The position numbers and the translations under genes were made by a program. A stretch of DNA of 64,000 nucleotides from Bugula neritina (lineage: Eukaryota > Animalia > Bryozoa), in assembly GCA_964035545.1 (NCBI GenBank), contig OZ037770.1:1116001-1180000 (forward strand), in the 5' to 3' direction. Below are positions 51,206-64,000 of the stretch, piece after piece; position 1 is the stretch's first letter; each line of letters starts with the position of its first letter. The notes beneath the pieces were generated by a model, which saw only the letters and a list, made by a program, of their open reading frames with translations, was not told the DNA's origin and did no database searches.

Positions 51206-54200
51206 CTAGTCTATCAACTGGTAGCCGTCTAATTTTAAGAGCCAATCAGCTGCAGACATTCTCTTGTTGGGGTCAAAGTTCAATACCATTAAAAGTATTT
51301 GTCTGTTTACTGGTAACAACATCTGAAGAGACTCGGGAAGTAAATTGTCGAGAAGTTCTTTAGGAACTTTGGTCCCCTTGTATGTGGCTACTTCCTTGTA
51401 TGGCTGGACACCTGGAAAGTTGGTGCACAATAAGTTGGCCAATTCATAATAAGTTTCTTTTTCTAAATAATAATCTGTAGTGACCTTTGAACTTAACAGT
51501 GTAGGCTCGTTTACAACATGATTTTTTTAAGTTTTTCTATTGAATAAATTTCGACTTCTAAGATTTTTGCTATAATCTAACAAAAAGAATATTTAGCTTG
51601 CTGATCTCTACGTTCCTAAATATATATCTAATATCATTAACTGGTTTGTCTTTTCATAAATTCTCTAATAACTACCCAACAGAGAATAGAACATTAGGAT
51701 TACCTGTCATAACTTCCAGAGCTGTCAGTCCCATGGACCACATGTCTGCTGCCTTTGTTGGCGCTGCTCGATGTAACAGTTCTGGAGCCCTGTATAAAGG
51801 GGTACCTGCATATTGAACAATAACTATTATGAAATTACAAATAACATTTCTCCTTTGATATAAAATTTTGCACCTTATTTGTAAAAAATAATTACTTCCA
51901 CTAGGATTCGAACCCGAGACCTTCAGCTTGCAAGCAGGCGCGCTAACCACTACACCACGTGTCTAGCAAAAGTATTGTATTAATCAACTCACCTTGCCAG
52001 GGGCAATAAGTGTAACTCATGTCCTTAAAGCTGACAGTAAAGTTTGAAATTCCAAAGTCTGCCAGTTTTCCTGTTCCACGTTGAATCTAAACCGAAAGGA
52101 CAAAGGTTACTTACTTGAATGTGAACAGGAACAAAGTTGGAGCGCTGTTTCATTGCCAAGAAGATAAATTTAAATAACAAAGTATCTTGAGTTTAGTTTC
52201 TGGTTTATATATACACTTTCTCATTTTCTGTTTCTAAATCTAAACTTTTAAAACATATCTCAATATTTTAAGCTCATTCTATAGGCAGGTTATAGCCGTT
52301 TTTAGAAAACTTTAGAATTTTTCAAATTATAAAATTTTTGTGCATGATTTTTTATGTCTATAATGAACAAGAAATAAATACAATAACTCAAATTACTATA
52401 GAAACTAGACTTAAACACCAACTTGAGACTAGCTTTGGAGAGGGGGTGTATAACTAACACCCCAAACAAGTCACCAACTCAAGTCTAATGGCTATTAACT
52501 CAACTCACCAGAATGTTGTCAGGCTTTATATCCATGTGGATCATATCTTTACTGTGGAGGTAGACTAACCCACACATGACGTCTTTAAGTATGTCAAAGA
52601 TATCGCCCTGAAAAAATGCGCTCATGGCAATCAAATGTGTCAATTGAAAAGTATGAAGAATTATGTAACACACATAAAAAGTAGTTATTGCTATATTTGT
52701 TGGAATTATATTTGATATACCTTCGAGTATTGAGTATTTTGGAGTTGTCTTGACAATGTTCTAAGGTCCTTCTCACACAGCTCCATTACTAGTCCAATCT
52801 TTGAGTCCACGATACCCAAACCATAAAACTGAATAATATTTGGGTGTCGAAGAGCCCTGTGTGATAAAGTGATAGAAATTAAACATAAAACTAAAATTGC
52901 TGCCGTATTGAAAAATTTTAATATTTAAATGTGCATATTTACATGTATGCGTAAGATGCTTTCCATAAACAAAAAAAAACATTTTAACACTCATTTATAG
53001 ATTTGGATATTTTATTATTTAATGGGTTTAAATTTGAATTAATATATAAATAAACATTTTGCATCCATCTATTGTAAACCTGTGTAGATTTGAAACTGAG
53101 CAGCATGGCTTTATATTAGTTATAAGCTTTAGAGCAATAACCGCTTTTACTTTAAAGCTTTATATTCCTCAGCATTTTCAAGAGAGGCGGTTGACCAGTC
53201 TACATCTTGGGCATCTGCCAACACTTTTATAGCTACTGGAGTCGCCAACCAGGTGCCACTGTATACACTCGCTTCTCCTCCCTTACCTATCCTCTCCTTC
53301 ATCTTCACATCCTGCAGAACTAAAAGCATATTCATGCTAATTGTTTTATAATATAAAATTCCTTGAAATTTAAGATTAATTAATTCTATAAATATCGAAG
53401 ACCTAAGAACTATCATATTATTGACTACAATAACTTAAAGAAGTCACACAAACATATTGATTACTGTAGGCACAGCAATAGCCTTCAAATTTGAAAGTAA
53501 TTTGAACAAATTTAATAAATTAAAAAAAATTAGAACTTATATTTAAAAACAAATGGCACTATTACAAAAAAAAGCTCACCTTCCGACCGAACAGCGGCAT
53601 CATAGCTGGGCAGCTTTTCACTGTCCCCGTCACTGAGACTAAGTTCAGACAAAGTTGCTAAAAATGCAGTAGTATAAGTTGATTTGTTTGGCTGTCGAAC
53701 CATAACATTAAAATAAGTTGCAGAATTGCTGCTAAATGACATCATTGTAGTGTTGTGATCACCTGCAGTCGTCATAGTGGTGTAATATGTTAGCCGTGCC
53801 CGTTCGCAAGCCAGAGGTCTCGGGTTTGGATCCCAGTGGGGGCAAAATTATTGTATATATAACAATCACAGCTGATGATTGAAAAGACCTTTGTATATAT
53901 ATATTCAATACTTGAATATTGTACTATATGTCATGTTATTCTATTTTATATCATATAGTATATCATATAACTATATTATATTATATTATATTATATGTCA
54001 TATTATATTATACAATGCTATATACATATTACAAAATGTTGCAATATAATATATCATATTATATATTATATTTTACCATATAATATTATATCATATTATA
54101 TTATACATATATTATGTAAATATACCATAATTTGCTATAATAATATATTATATGTTATATTAAATTACATCGGGGAGAGGGGAGGGGGGAGGGGGGAGGG

Positions 54201-55653
54201 GGGAGGGGGAAGGGGGAGGGGGGAGGGGGGAGGGGGGAGGGGGAAGGGGGAGGGGGGAGGGATTATTATACACTGCATCATATTATATCATATCAACTAA
54301 CATTATATTATAACTATTGTGTAACATTATTTTATTGTACCCTGCTATATTATCTGTTATATATTGTATTTTATTGTCTTATAACAATTATAGTTTTTCT
54401 ATTATGAATTACAATTATGCAATATTCAACTATAAGTTATAATATAATATAAATTACATTGTGTTATATATTATACTATACTATGCTACAATGTACAATA
54501 TTTGAGCATTTTTTCTAGTTTTACTGTTAATATTGGAAAAAATCTTTGACAATTATACTGAATACTATATTAGCACTTATTAATTTTTTTATACTCACCT
54601 GATTTGGAGAGATTAGCTATATACATGTAATTTGATGATCTCCGACTATCGGACTCAGAGTAGTGACTACTTTTGTTACTTCCTGTACTGTCATCTATGA
54701 AATAGTTTATTTCACAACCCATTTACCAATTGAATTATTTACAAAAGTATTTAAACAAATTTATAAAAAAGCTTCATTTTAATGATATTTTTGTTCCGAT
54801 TATTAACTGAGCGTTGTAAAATATTAAAATTGCATGTTTTTATAATAACTTGTTGAAAAAAGTGCATGCATACATGATTTATCTCTATGTGATACCATGC
54901 ATGCAATCAGCTTTGCAAAAAGGCATTTGAATATATAATAATAAAGCATTTATATATTTAATATATTTTATTTTAATTTTTTGCCCAGTATAAATAAAAT
55001 ATTATGTTTTTCTAATTTGCACTGAAAAACTGAGATATTTAATATAATTTAAATTTAGTTTGCAAAATATAAACATACTTAAGTTTGCTAAAAAGAACTG
55101 AAGTAAGCAGTAAAATTTAATAGCATGCCTGTCTTTATAAATGACCATATAAGGGCATAGCTCAACAGTCAATAAACCAGCTGCATAAACTGTGATTACA
55201 TAAGCCTATGAATAGTTAGCTTATTTTCTATATTACAATTTCTGTTGTCACAAAAACTTTCAGTCAATATTAAAAAATAGTTCGCTTTACTAAATTGATT
55301 AAAGCTAATTGCTGAGTTGTGAAAAATATCAAACTGTACTTTAAAGTAACTCAGGAATTTTTGATGACATTTTAATAGCCTTATTGGTATTAAAACCGTT
55401 AAATGGCTTAAGCCTTAAAGTAAAAGACTTATACATATGAAGTTAAAACTAATTTTTACAGTAGTTAATAAGAAAAGGCTTACCTGCTGCAAGTCCCAAT
55501 TTCATTATGCATTGCTTGATTTACATTAACAAAATTTATTTACATAATATATACAAGCAAACTGCAAAATGTTAATAAAAATATAGATACAATAACTGCT
55601 ACTTTATTGCTTTTTTTAAATATTGTAAAACTTACTGTTGTCATGTCTGTGAT

Positions 55654-55693
<40 letters not shown>

Positions 55694-56931
55694 GTGAGTA
55701 AAAGCTTACTGCAAAAGTCTTTTGATGCATAACTTCTGGTGCTGCTGCTGTTACTGCTGCTGTTTCTACCAGAACCTGGAATACAATGTCACAATTGTTT
55801 TAAAGAGTCTCCAGCATGTTGGATTTATGCAGAATTCAAATATAGCCATCAATATCATAGCTATCAGCTAATATAACTCTAGGGTTGTCTGCCCAAGCAA
55901 ATTTATTTTATAATAAATTTTGTGCCCACATGTCTATAATGCGTTGCAACCCTTAGCCAATCGGCAAATGCGCCTATAAATGACATTCCAAATTAATTCA
56001 AAACATGTATGTGTGGCAGCATTTATTATAAAAATAATTTGCGCAGACAAATACTCTGAAATTTCAAAATACTTCAACTCTGCATTATATAAATTAAAGC
56101 TGACCTAAAACTTAGTATATCAATATTTTGTTTATGTTTTGTGTTTTATAAATTAGCTTTAAATTTCTTTCTTTTTTGTAAGGAGAGTCAAACTAACATA
56201 TGCAGCATTTTTTAAGCTTACAGGAAACATTTTTCCAATTTAACGCTCCTGATCAGGTTAGTATATGCATGAATATCGAAATATTTTTTACTGATTACAG
56301 AAGTAGTCAATTTTAAACAAGTTTTAAATAAAACAATATAGGTATCCTTGCTCTAATCATTACCTTCAGTTGTGTCTGCTAGCTGAGACGCTTGAATGCA
56401 CTCGACAATCTCATCTTCACCCCATTGTTTGGCTTGCTGGAGTGGAGTCTGGTCTAAGTTGTTCTTTAAACTCAATAGAACACAGCATTGGGCAGGTGTG
56501 AGGTTGCCTAACATCCATCTAACTGTCTCTACTCGACCTCCTAACACTGCCTCATGAGCTGCGCTATTACCAGAGTTATTCTGAACGAGAAGCAAGCTGT
56601 AGAGATCAGCGGTTGGTAGAGATCCAACGATACACTTTACAATATCCACATGACCTAACGACGCAGCCTCGTGCAAAGCTGTTCTACTTTCTTTGTTTTG
56701 TATCTCAAATATTTTCTGCAAGTCACAAGGAGGTATCATTTCTAACACCTGTTGAATTAAGTCAGTTCGCCCTTGTAGTACAGCAAAATATACCACCGTC
56801 TCTCCATCTTGGTTTTTCTCACTCAAAACTTTCAATCTGTCAGACGATGAAAAGGAAGAAAGTAGTTTTTTAAACTCTACTTCACTATGATCTCTCATAG
56901 AGTTCAGAAGCTTCTTGTACTTTTTACTCAT
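51206..56931 (-). CDS. Ankyrin-repeat Ser/Thr (TKL-like) protein kinase, about 572 aa
   Basis: Ten exons in consistent phase: 56931-56364 (about 4 ANK repeats, e.g. TALHEAASLGHVDIVKCI), 55775-55710, 54694-54599, 53762-53580 (Ser-rich linker), 53319-53151 (IGKGGEASVY, VAIK), 52856-52721 (LRHPNIIQFYG), 52607-52509 (HMDIKPDNIL), 52086-51993 (LADFG), 51805-51704 (GTPLYRAPE, DMWSMG) and 51411-51206. The start codon is uncertain because an acceptor near 56958 allows a further upstream exon. Confidence 0.88.
51896..51964 (-). mobile_element. tRNA-derived SINE head in a kinase intron (least degraded copy)
   Basis: GTGGTGTAGTGGTTAGCGCGCCTGCTTGCAAGCTGAAGGTCTCGGGTTCGAATCCTAGTGGAAG: intact A and B boxes but a broken cloverleaf. 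Confidence 0.7.
53772..53845 (+). mobile_element. tRNA-derived SINE head abutting a kinase splice acceptor
   Basis: TAGTGGTGTAATATGTTAGCCGTGCCCGTTCGCAAGCCAGAGGTCTCGGGTTTGGATCCCAGTGGGGGCAA. Confidence 0.6.
54172..54261 (+). repeat. Polypurine G-tract (GGGGGGA)n, G-quadruplex/triplex-prone, in a kinase intron
   Basis: Directly visible. Confidence 0.8.
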
Positions 56932-59859
56932 TATGGTTTCTGTGAGTCTTTCTTTAGACTGATAAAACTGAATCGATCTGAGTTTGAATATTGAACACTA
57001 CTGAGTGTACATTGGAAGTTACTAAACAAGCATGACTAGCTATAACCTATTGTGAAACTGCAGCTACAGGCTCTGCACTTCACTGATAACATGCAGTTTG
57101 AAGCACATTTACTAGATTAAAAAGTATGTTATCATAATTAATGTACACAAACACCAATGCGAGTTTGACTAACCTGTCAGTCTGACACAGAAAAGCTGCA
57201 CAAGTGTTAAAGTTTTACTTCTCTACTGCTGGGATCAATGAACTACAACTTTTAGTTGAATGAGAACACAACTCCAGCAGTCTGCATAATGTGCTGATCT
57301 ACTTTACTGAAGAAAGGTTTCCAGTATAACTGACATGTGAGCTAAATACTTAGGCCTACTACTACAAAATGCACAGCGCTCTATTTGCAGAAGACAAATA
57401 TGTCACATAATAATTTAAGATGGACTAAATGGTAAGGCAACTCCAGTAATTGTAACTGAGCCCATTGTATCACATGCATTAAAATCAATCATAGGATAAG
57501 TAAACTGTTACACACTAATAAAGGCAAATACAAGGAGTTAGATAAAAACTGCTGGAACTACAATTTTTTTCTAAGTAAAGCACTTGAAGTGAATAAATGA
57601 GAATAAGATAGAAAACTACTAAGAATTGTTGGTCCTGTATATCATAGAGCTAACCAACACAGAACCAAAAATTCGGCAGTTTCTAAATCCTAGTTGATAC
57701 TTAGTTGTAGTATTCTCAACATATAACTGTCTTCCTGAAAACACATAATGAAAGTTCATCTATCAATCTGATCGTTTATAACACTAATTGTTAGTATATC
57801 GTTTTCGATAATATTTAAGCATTGCTAGAGGCAGAAAACAATAGCTATATATTTTATTAATTATAAATTGCACATTTTATTGACAATTAGTATATCTATT
57901 ATATTGATAAATATTACAAAGAACGTATATCATAACACACACTATATATCACTACGATTGAAATTTAGTATATGCCTTAATTGTGTATAATAAATAAAGT
58001 GTGTTAGCATAAGTCTTCGTAATTAATATAGCTATTAGCTCTCAAATTGCGTCAGCCTACGAAGTTGTATTCTTTCGACATTCTACAATAAAAAGCTGAA
58101 CATAAGGAAATAACTCCTTGGAAAAAAGAAGACCAACCAAGTTCTTTTAAAATGATAAATCATTAAAACTGACGTCAGACGTCACGGTCATAAAAAACGT
58201 AAATGAATGAATGGAAACCCTAAAACATTATTCAATTTCATGTATAACAGTCTAGTGAACTGAAAACTAAAACTAAAATGGATTGAACTGTAATTACTTT
58301 TTAGGTTGCCAGTGGCAATTTTATCAATGTTCATAAAATTAAACTTTTTATTTTCTTTTGCATTAAATCAGTGATTTTGTTGGCTGAGTTTCTGTAGACT
58401 AAAAGTAACGTTAGGATTAGTTTAATGAGTGAGTAACTGAGTTAACCTTAACTTGACTTTGAGCCACGCCTACGAGTTTCAAGTTTTAATCACATATTGT
58501 TAACTTTGTGTTTATTTAAGTTATTTTTGGTCGTGGTGATTGCCTTATCGATGACAATAATTATTTTTAATATTCATATTGTTACTCACAGTCATAATAA
58601 TTAATATTAATGCCTTAATGGTAGCTACAAATTTCAATTTAAATTCATTTTTATTTCAAGTTGTTGTAATTCAAATTGTTAAACTTAATTACCAAAAATA
58701 ACATAAAGTATGATAGACATTGAGTCTGATAATGATAGTCATACCGATACCAAGTTTAATTATTAATACTTAATACTTATAATCTATGGTTAATGTTTTA
58801 CTAATACTGTTGCTACTTGCTGTTAGTTTTATTGTTGATACTTTTAGTACTACTGCTAGTAGTAGTAGCACTAATAGTATAACTTTTATGCTTGTAAAAT
58901 TATAGTTATACATGAACTGTGTACATATACTACTCAGTAGTCGAACACTGAAAGAGTGATACTGATACTGATAGTAATACTCATATGCCATAAGTCATAG
59001 GGATAATGAGTTCATAGTCACTCCCTCATTCTGACTTTCAGTACGAGTATCAATGTTATAGACCATAGTATTAGTGCAATGGTAATACTCCTACTAGTAC
59101 TAGTAGTTTGCACTATTGGGTTTGCTTAGGACTGAAGCTTATACTTGTAGTTATTATATAATCATAATGATAACGCAGTCACTAATTTAATCATAAGAAT
59201 GATGAAAAAATCAAAGTCTAAGTAATTACAAAAATTGTTAGTACCACAATCATGTTGATCTTTATTTTAAATTGCTACTTGCTAGTACTACTGATAACTT
59301 GACATTACTTGCGCTTTAATTGATTTTGAGTCACAGTTAATGTTATTGTTACGGAATTGATAAACATTAAAATGTTCAGCCATATTAGAGATTCACTACA
59401 CAGGTCCTGTTATTCATTAGTATAAATGCTTTTAGCTGAAAAGCAATTCAGTTTTTTCACAGATCTTGTCTTGTTAACGGCTGCTTTAACAGAACGATTT
59501 TAGTTTTGTCGTAAATGCGTGTACCTTATCACACTATTTTTCTAAGTTTTTGAAAAGTTCTAAACTCAATTTTTTTCATAAAGTGTCTACATACCAAAAT
59601 GATGCTATGTTCATATAAAACTAATAATAATATTTGGAAAATAATATTTTGAAGTAGACATCTTTGACAATGAAACGTGTGTAGCCAATAGCGGAACTTG
59701 TAAACACTGTGTCTTTATTAGCTTTATTTTTGTAGCACCTTTTACCTTCATCTGACTAACTTTGAAAACCCACTCTGACATTTTAATGAAATAAGTCTTA
59801 GTTTTGTTTTGAGTGACACATCGTGCTTGGCTCTCGTTTGTAGAGAGGCAGGAAGTGTC

Positions 59860-62800
59860 ATGGCTGCCGAGAGACCTTCCGTGAAGCTGCCTCAAATCGT
59901 CAATGTCGTTCTAACTTACTGGGTAATCTCCATCTCCATGGTCTTTTCCAACAAGTTCCTCGTAGGCGGGGCCAACACCAAAGTGGCCGGAGACCAACAG
60001 CTGGATGTTTCCATCTTTGTAGCCTGGATGCAGAGCATAGTATGCGTGATCCTGGTCCTATCCTATGGTGCTGTATCTCGCGCTCTCTCAACAACTTCCA
60101 AGGTATGGTGGAACTTAGGTTAAAGCTCGACTTTAGGCTTTGTGGACGACATGTTGTTTAAACTAATCTATTGCAGCCGATCTTATTGTATTGCAGTTAT
60201 TTTTTATATTTTTTTTCTAGATGTGAACCTCAGGTAATTGCTCTTACACTCTATGCATGGCAAAATTGTTCTCTGAAGCCATCTCTTTGTGTTACAAGAC
60301 TTGTTCACATGTCAAAAAAATTCCTGAAAAGGCCAGCATATTATTGAAGCGTATAGATTTCACTGTTTATAAAACTTTAGTGTTTGCTGTATATTATGAG
60401 AGAAGCTTGAAGCTGCATATATCCAGCTATTCAAATTCAATCCTAATGCGAGATCAGAATGTGAACAAGTCTTTAGTATGTATGTATGTGAACAAGCCTT
60501 TAGTCAGTATGTATGTGAACAAGCCTTTAGTAAGTATGTGAACAAGTTGCTGCTATCTGCCAGATTACCTTTGATTATGATTCGCTAGTCTCATCGCATC
60601 TCTTGCTGCCTTCTAGAGTCAGCGCTACTTCCTGTCACGTCATCCGCATGACAGATTTGTCTCATTGTTATATTTTGTAACAGTTTGGGGTTTTATATAT
60701 TGTTTATTAGTTATAATATATCGTTATATGGTATAGAATAATTATAGTAGCTGAAAAACTTCATATAATAATAAATTAAGATACTTTTTATAAGCTTGCA
60801 GTTTCTTTGAAAATTTATAAATGCTGAAGTTCAATGTATATACAGACATTAAAGTGATTTTCATTTTCTCTTATATGTTTTCGTAGCACTGCTTGGAACA
60901 TTACTATGTTATTCAGACTAAAGAAATGATTAGACGAATAGCTGATATATGCTAATGTAATTTATGGTTATAATTATGTCATACTTGAACTTTTATTAAC
61001 TATACTCCATGATTTATACCTATTATTAATAGATTATTTTTTAGTTTTTGACTGTATTCGATTGATCTGTGCATCTGCAAGTTTAGCTGCCCATCTTTGT
61101 GCTATTGTATAGGTCATTCATCAATGTTGTCATCTTAAAGATGTTAGAAACTTGTTATACACTGTTATGTTGCCATTGCTTCGAATTATTCGAATGACTG
61201 TTCATACCGATGAATTTATGTTTGTGCTTTCATTCAATGCAGCTGTTTCCTAACATCATTCACATAATGCAAAACTTAAAAACATTGTGATAACAGTTTT
61301 GCACTTTTATGTGAAAAAGTTTTCATTAATTCTCTCTACTGTGAAAAGTTCTGAGATAGTGGAAGTCTCTGAATAGTGTGATAGTCAAGAAAGTGGCATG
61401 ACGCAAGCGATTACTCATCAATCACTTGCTCTGGCATGTCAATGTATGTAAGGGTCTATGAGCACGCGTTGGGTCTTGTCATGTTTTGGCAAGTGCTTTC
61501 AGTGCCTACTACCTTCCTTTTAGGTATCAGTTCTTAGATTTCTACATGGAAGTGTGTACAGAATATAATTTGACCTCCAAGATTAGCATAAGAGGTCAAG
61601 ATTTTTTATCTCATCATCGTCAAGTAGATTGATGGTGTGAAATGTCGGCATTTCTTCGAATACATTCAACAGTATAACATCTACTCTGTTAGGAACTACT
61701 AGTTTAGCTCATCCAATCATCTTCTTTCACCAGCTGACTAATGACCTTGTATGCTGACCTTCCCACACTACACTCACCTGTGTCTCAGGGAGTAAAACTC
61801 ATGGCAGCTTCAAACCTTTAAATAGATTTCTTCTCTCAGACCTTTCGTGTAGCTCAGTTAGACTTTAGGCTAGTCAATCTATGATAAACATGTACTTTTA
61901 TGAATATATGAACATATTATGCTGTGTATAGCATGGGGTCTATAGATAAATACTCTGTATAGCATGAGGTCAATAGATACTCTGTATAGCATGGGATCTA
62001 TAGATACACTGTATAGCATGTCGTCAATAGATAATCTGTATAGCTTAGAGTCCATATTGTAAGGCTTAGCATGGCTTAGCATATCATTATTTATACTGCC
62101 TACATTTTACACTCCTATGGCACGCCCTACCTTATGGAGTTGGTATCGTCAACTGTGTGTTGTATTTCTTCAGTTCCAATATTGCAATTCTCTAGGTATA
62201 CGGGAGTTGAATGGATATATGTGGGTTAATGTTGTTTTTTTACAGATTTACTCTAAGAATTGAAGCTAAGTCAATCATGTAGGTCATGGAAGAATGTGGT
62301 TATTATAGAAAAAGTAATTTATTAAATAAATTTCCCCCATAATCCTCTTTCAAAAGATTGTAATGAAATAGTAACTGGAATCTTACGGTCTGTTTAAATT
62401 ATAAATATTTTGTGAAAACTGCAGCTGGTATTATATACGTGTGAGTGTGTAAAATAAGTAAATTAAGTAAAATAATCTAGTTTTTAAAGAACCAAATCAA
62501 ATAATAATGCTCGCTGGTAAAAGCATTTAACCAATCAGAGCTTATATGATGACGAAATGTTGTCTTTACAGGTTCAGTCAGTGCATATCTCCACTTGCCT
62601 ATCCAAGCCTGTGCTCCTTGTCTCTATACTGTTCTCTCTCATGCTAAGTTCCAACAACTACTGTCTAAAGTTGGTTGGAGTTGCCTTCTTCCAGATAGCC
62701 CGCTCCTTTACGTTGATATTCACTGTGATATTCTCCGCTCTGATTCTAAAAAAGAGGGTGTCTTGTGCAGTGTTTGCCTGCTGCGCCATGGTAGTCTCCG

Positions 62801-63588
62801 GCTTTCTCATCGGAGTGGACCAGGAGAAGGTGAGGATTTTTCCTAATTGGATGACTCGTAAAGTTAGTGAGTCATAGTTTAACTGACTCATAGTTAGAGT
62901 AACTCAGAGTTACAGTCACGCGTAGTTGCAGTGACTCATGGTTAGAGTGAGTCTGAGTTATACTGACTCATAGTGACTCAGTCTAACTCAAAGTTAGGCT
63001 GGATAGTTATTCATTAAATGAGTCGTAGTTAGAATGAGTCACTGTTAAAGTTCCTCATAGTTAGTGAGTTAATACTAGTATAGGTTGAATACAGAGGGAC
63101 TTGGAGTATAATGAATAACGGTTGTACTAGTCTATTTGAGTGAGAGTTACACATCCAGTGTTAGTCATATATAGTATTGTATCGCAGTTTGGCTATTAGA
63201 GTGAATAATCTTAAATTCTAAGTATGCTTATAATCAACATGTTTACTAACTTAAATCACCAGTTTTGAGTGATATCATGTGTTCAAAATGACAAATCCCC
63301 AGAACTAAAGTTTCCTAAGTAGAAGGAAAGCTCGTTGTACACATAACTTAATAATATGTTATGTTGTGGTTGGAGTTGCTCTCCCATGTGTATCTTCTGC
63401 AGGCGTCTGGCACGCTCTCCACGCTGGGGGTCCTTTCTGGCGTAACGTCTAGTCTCTTTGTCGCACTCAATGGTATATATACGAAGAAAGCTCTGGAAAT
63501 GGAGGAAATGGATTCGGTGAAGCTCACTCTACACATCAATGTCAACGCGTCATTCTTGCTTCTATTTCCTTCTGTTCTCACCGGACAG
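59860..63588 (+). CDS. SLC35C1: GDP-fucose transporter 1-like (SLC35C1 family), partial, continues past window end
   Basis: Exons 59860-60102, 62572-62829 and 63403-63588, all phase 0. Signature segments YWVISISMVFSNKFL, NNYCLKLVGVAFFQIARS, GVDQE and GTLS..GV..GV.SSLFVALNGIYTKK match the SLC35C1 family. It may be a divergent paralogue rather than the 1:1 orthologue. Confidence 0.85.
61925..62045. repeat. About 27-30-bp minisatellite (GTATAGCATG...ATAGATA-CTCT) in SLC35C1 intron 1
   Basis: Four to five imperfect tandem copies visible. Confidence 0.7.
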
Positions 63589-64000
63589 GTAGAGTTGATT
63601 GTGTGCTTTGCTCTGTAATATCCCCTTGTGTAGTGGTTTAACTGGAAACGCAGTAAATATTATATATATAGAATGATATTTTTAATGATAGATTTTATAA
63701 CTAAAGGTTAAACTGAGTATTAGTTTGACGATTCTACACTTAGTAGTTAGTATACACATGATAGTAATCAAATCAAGCATTATGATTACATAGTTAATCA
63801 GTTTCTCAGTCACTCACTCTTGGTCATCCATTTGCTCACTCTCACTCACTCACCCTATCTCTAAGTTTCTTGTCTAATTAATTACTTGCTTTCACTTGAA
63901 AATATTATTCATTGAACAGACAGAATATCCCAACAATCAACGTGTAAAGCTGTGCGACTCACAAAATAAACCAGCTTGAGATTTGTCTTCTTTCTACTTA

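Noticed and set aside
51896-51964. Functional tRNA-Ala gene
   Set aside because: Acceptor stem unpaired, anticodon arm imperfect, and several diverged dispersed copies in the window; treated as a SINE.
53995-54300. Gly-rich ORF
   Set aside because: Low-complexity AT repeat plus G-tract within a kinase intron, on the opposite strand.

Overview
Very AT-rich, intron-containing animal (invertebrate-like) genomic DNA; the taxon cannot be fixed from this window alone. The ORF track misses the main content because the genes are split into short exons. Hand-splicing shows an array of 10 paralogous 4-exon genes (A-J, positions 668-50782; A is cut by the window edge). Each encodes a secreted prepro-peptide: signal peptide, pro-region, KR/RR cleavage site, then a cystine-knot (ICK/knottin)-type mature peptide. 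Five belong to a 6-Cys C-C-CC-C-C group (conotoxin framework VI/VII-like; for A this is inferred from its paralogue B). Five have an 8-Cys C-C-CC-CxC-CxC scaffold (agatoxin/ALP-like). A GT11 alpha-1,2-fucosyltransferase lies inside the array. After it come an ankyrin-repeat non-RD protein kinase and a GDP-fucose transporter (SLC35C1-like, running off the window). This raises the unproven hypothesis of a toxin/defence-peptide cluster with its own fucosylation module. All 10 peptide genes carry an E-box-containing leader repeat of variable copy number. Non-coding highlights are a perfect 200-bp palindrome carrying a hammerhead ribozyme on each strand inside a knottin intron, a second hammerhead, several TIR elements, tRNA-derived SINEs and an RTE LINE fragment.
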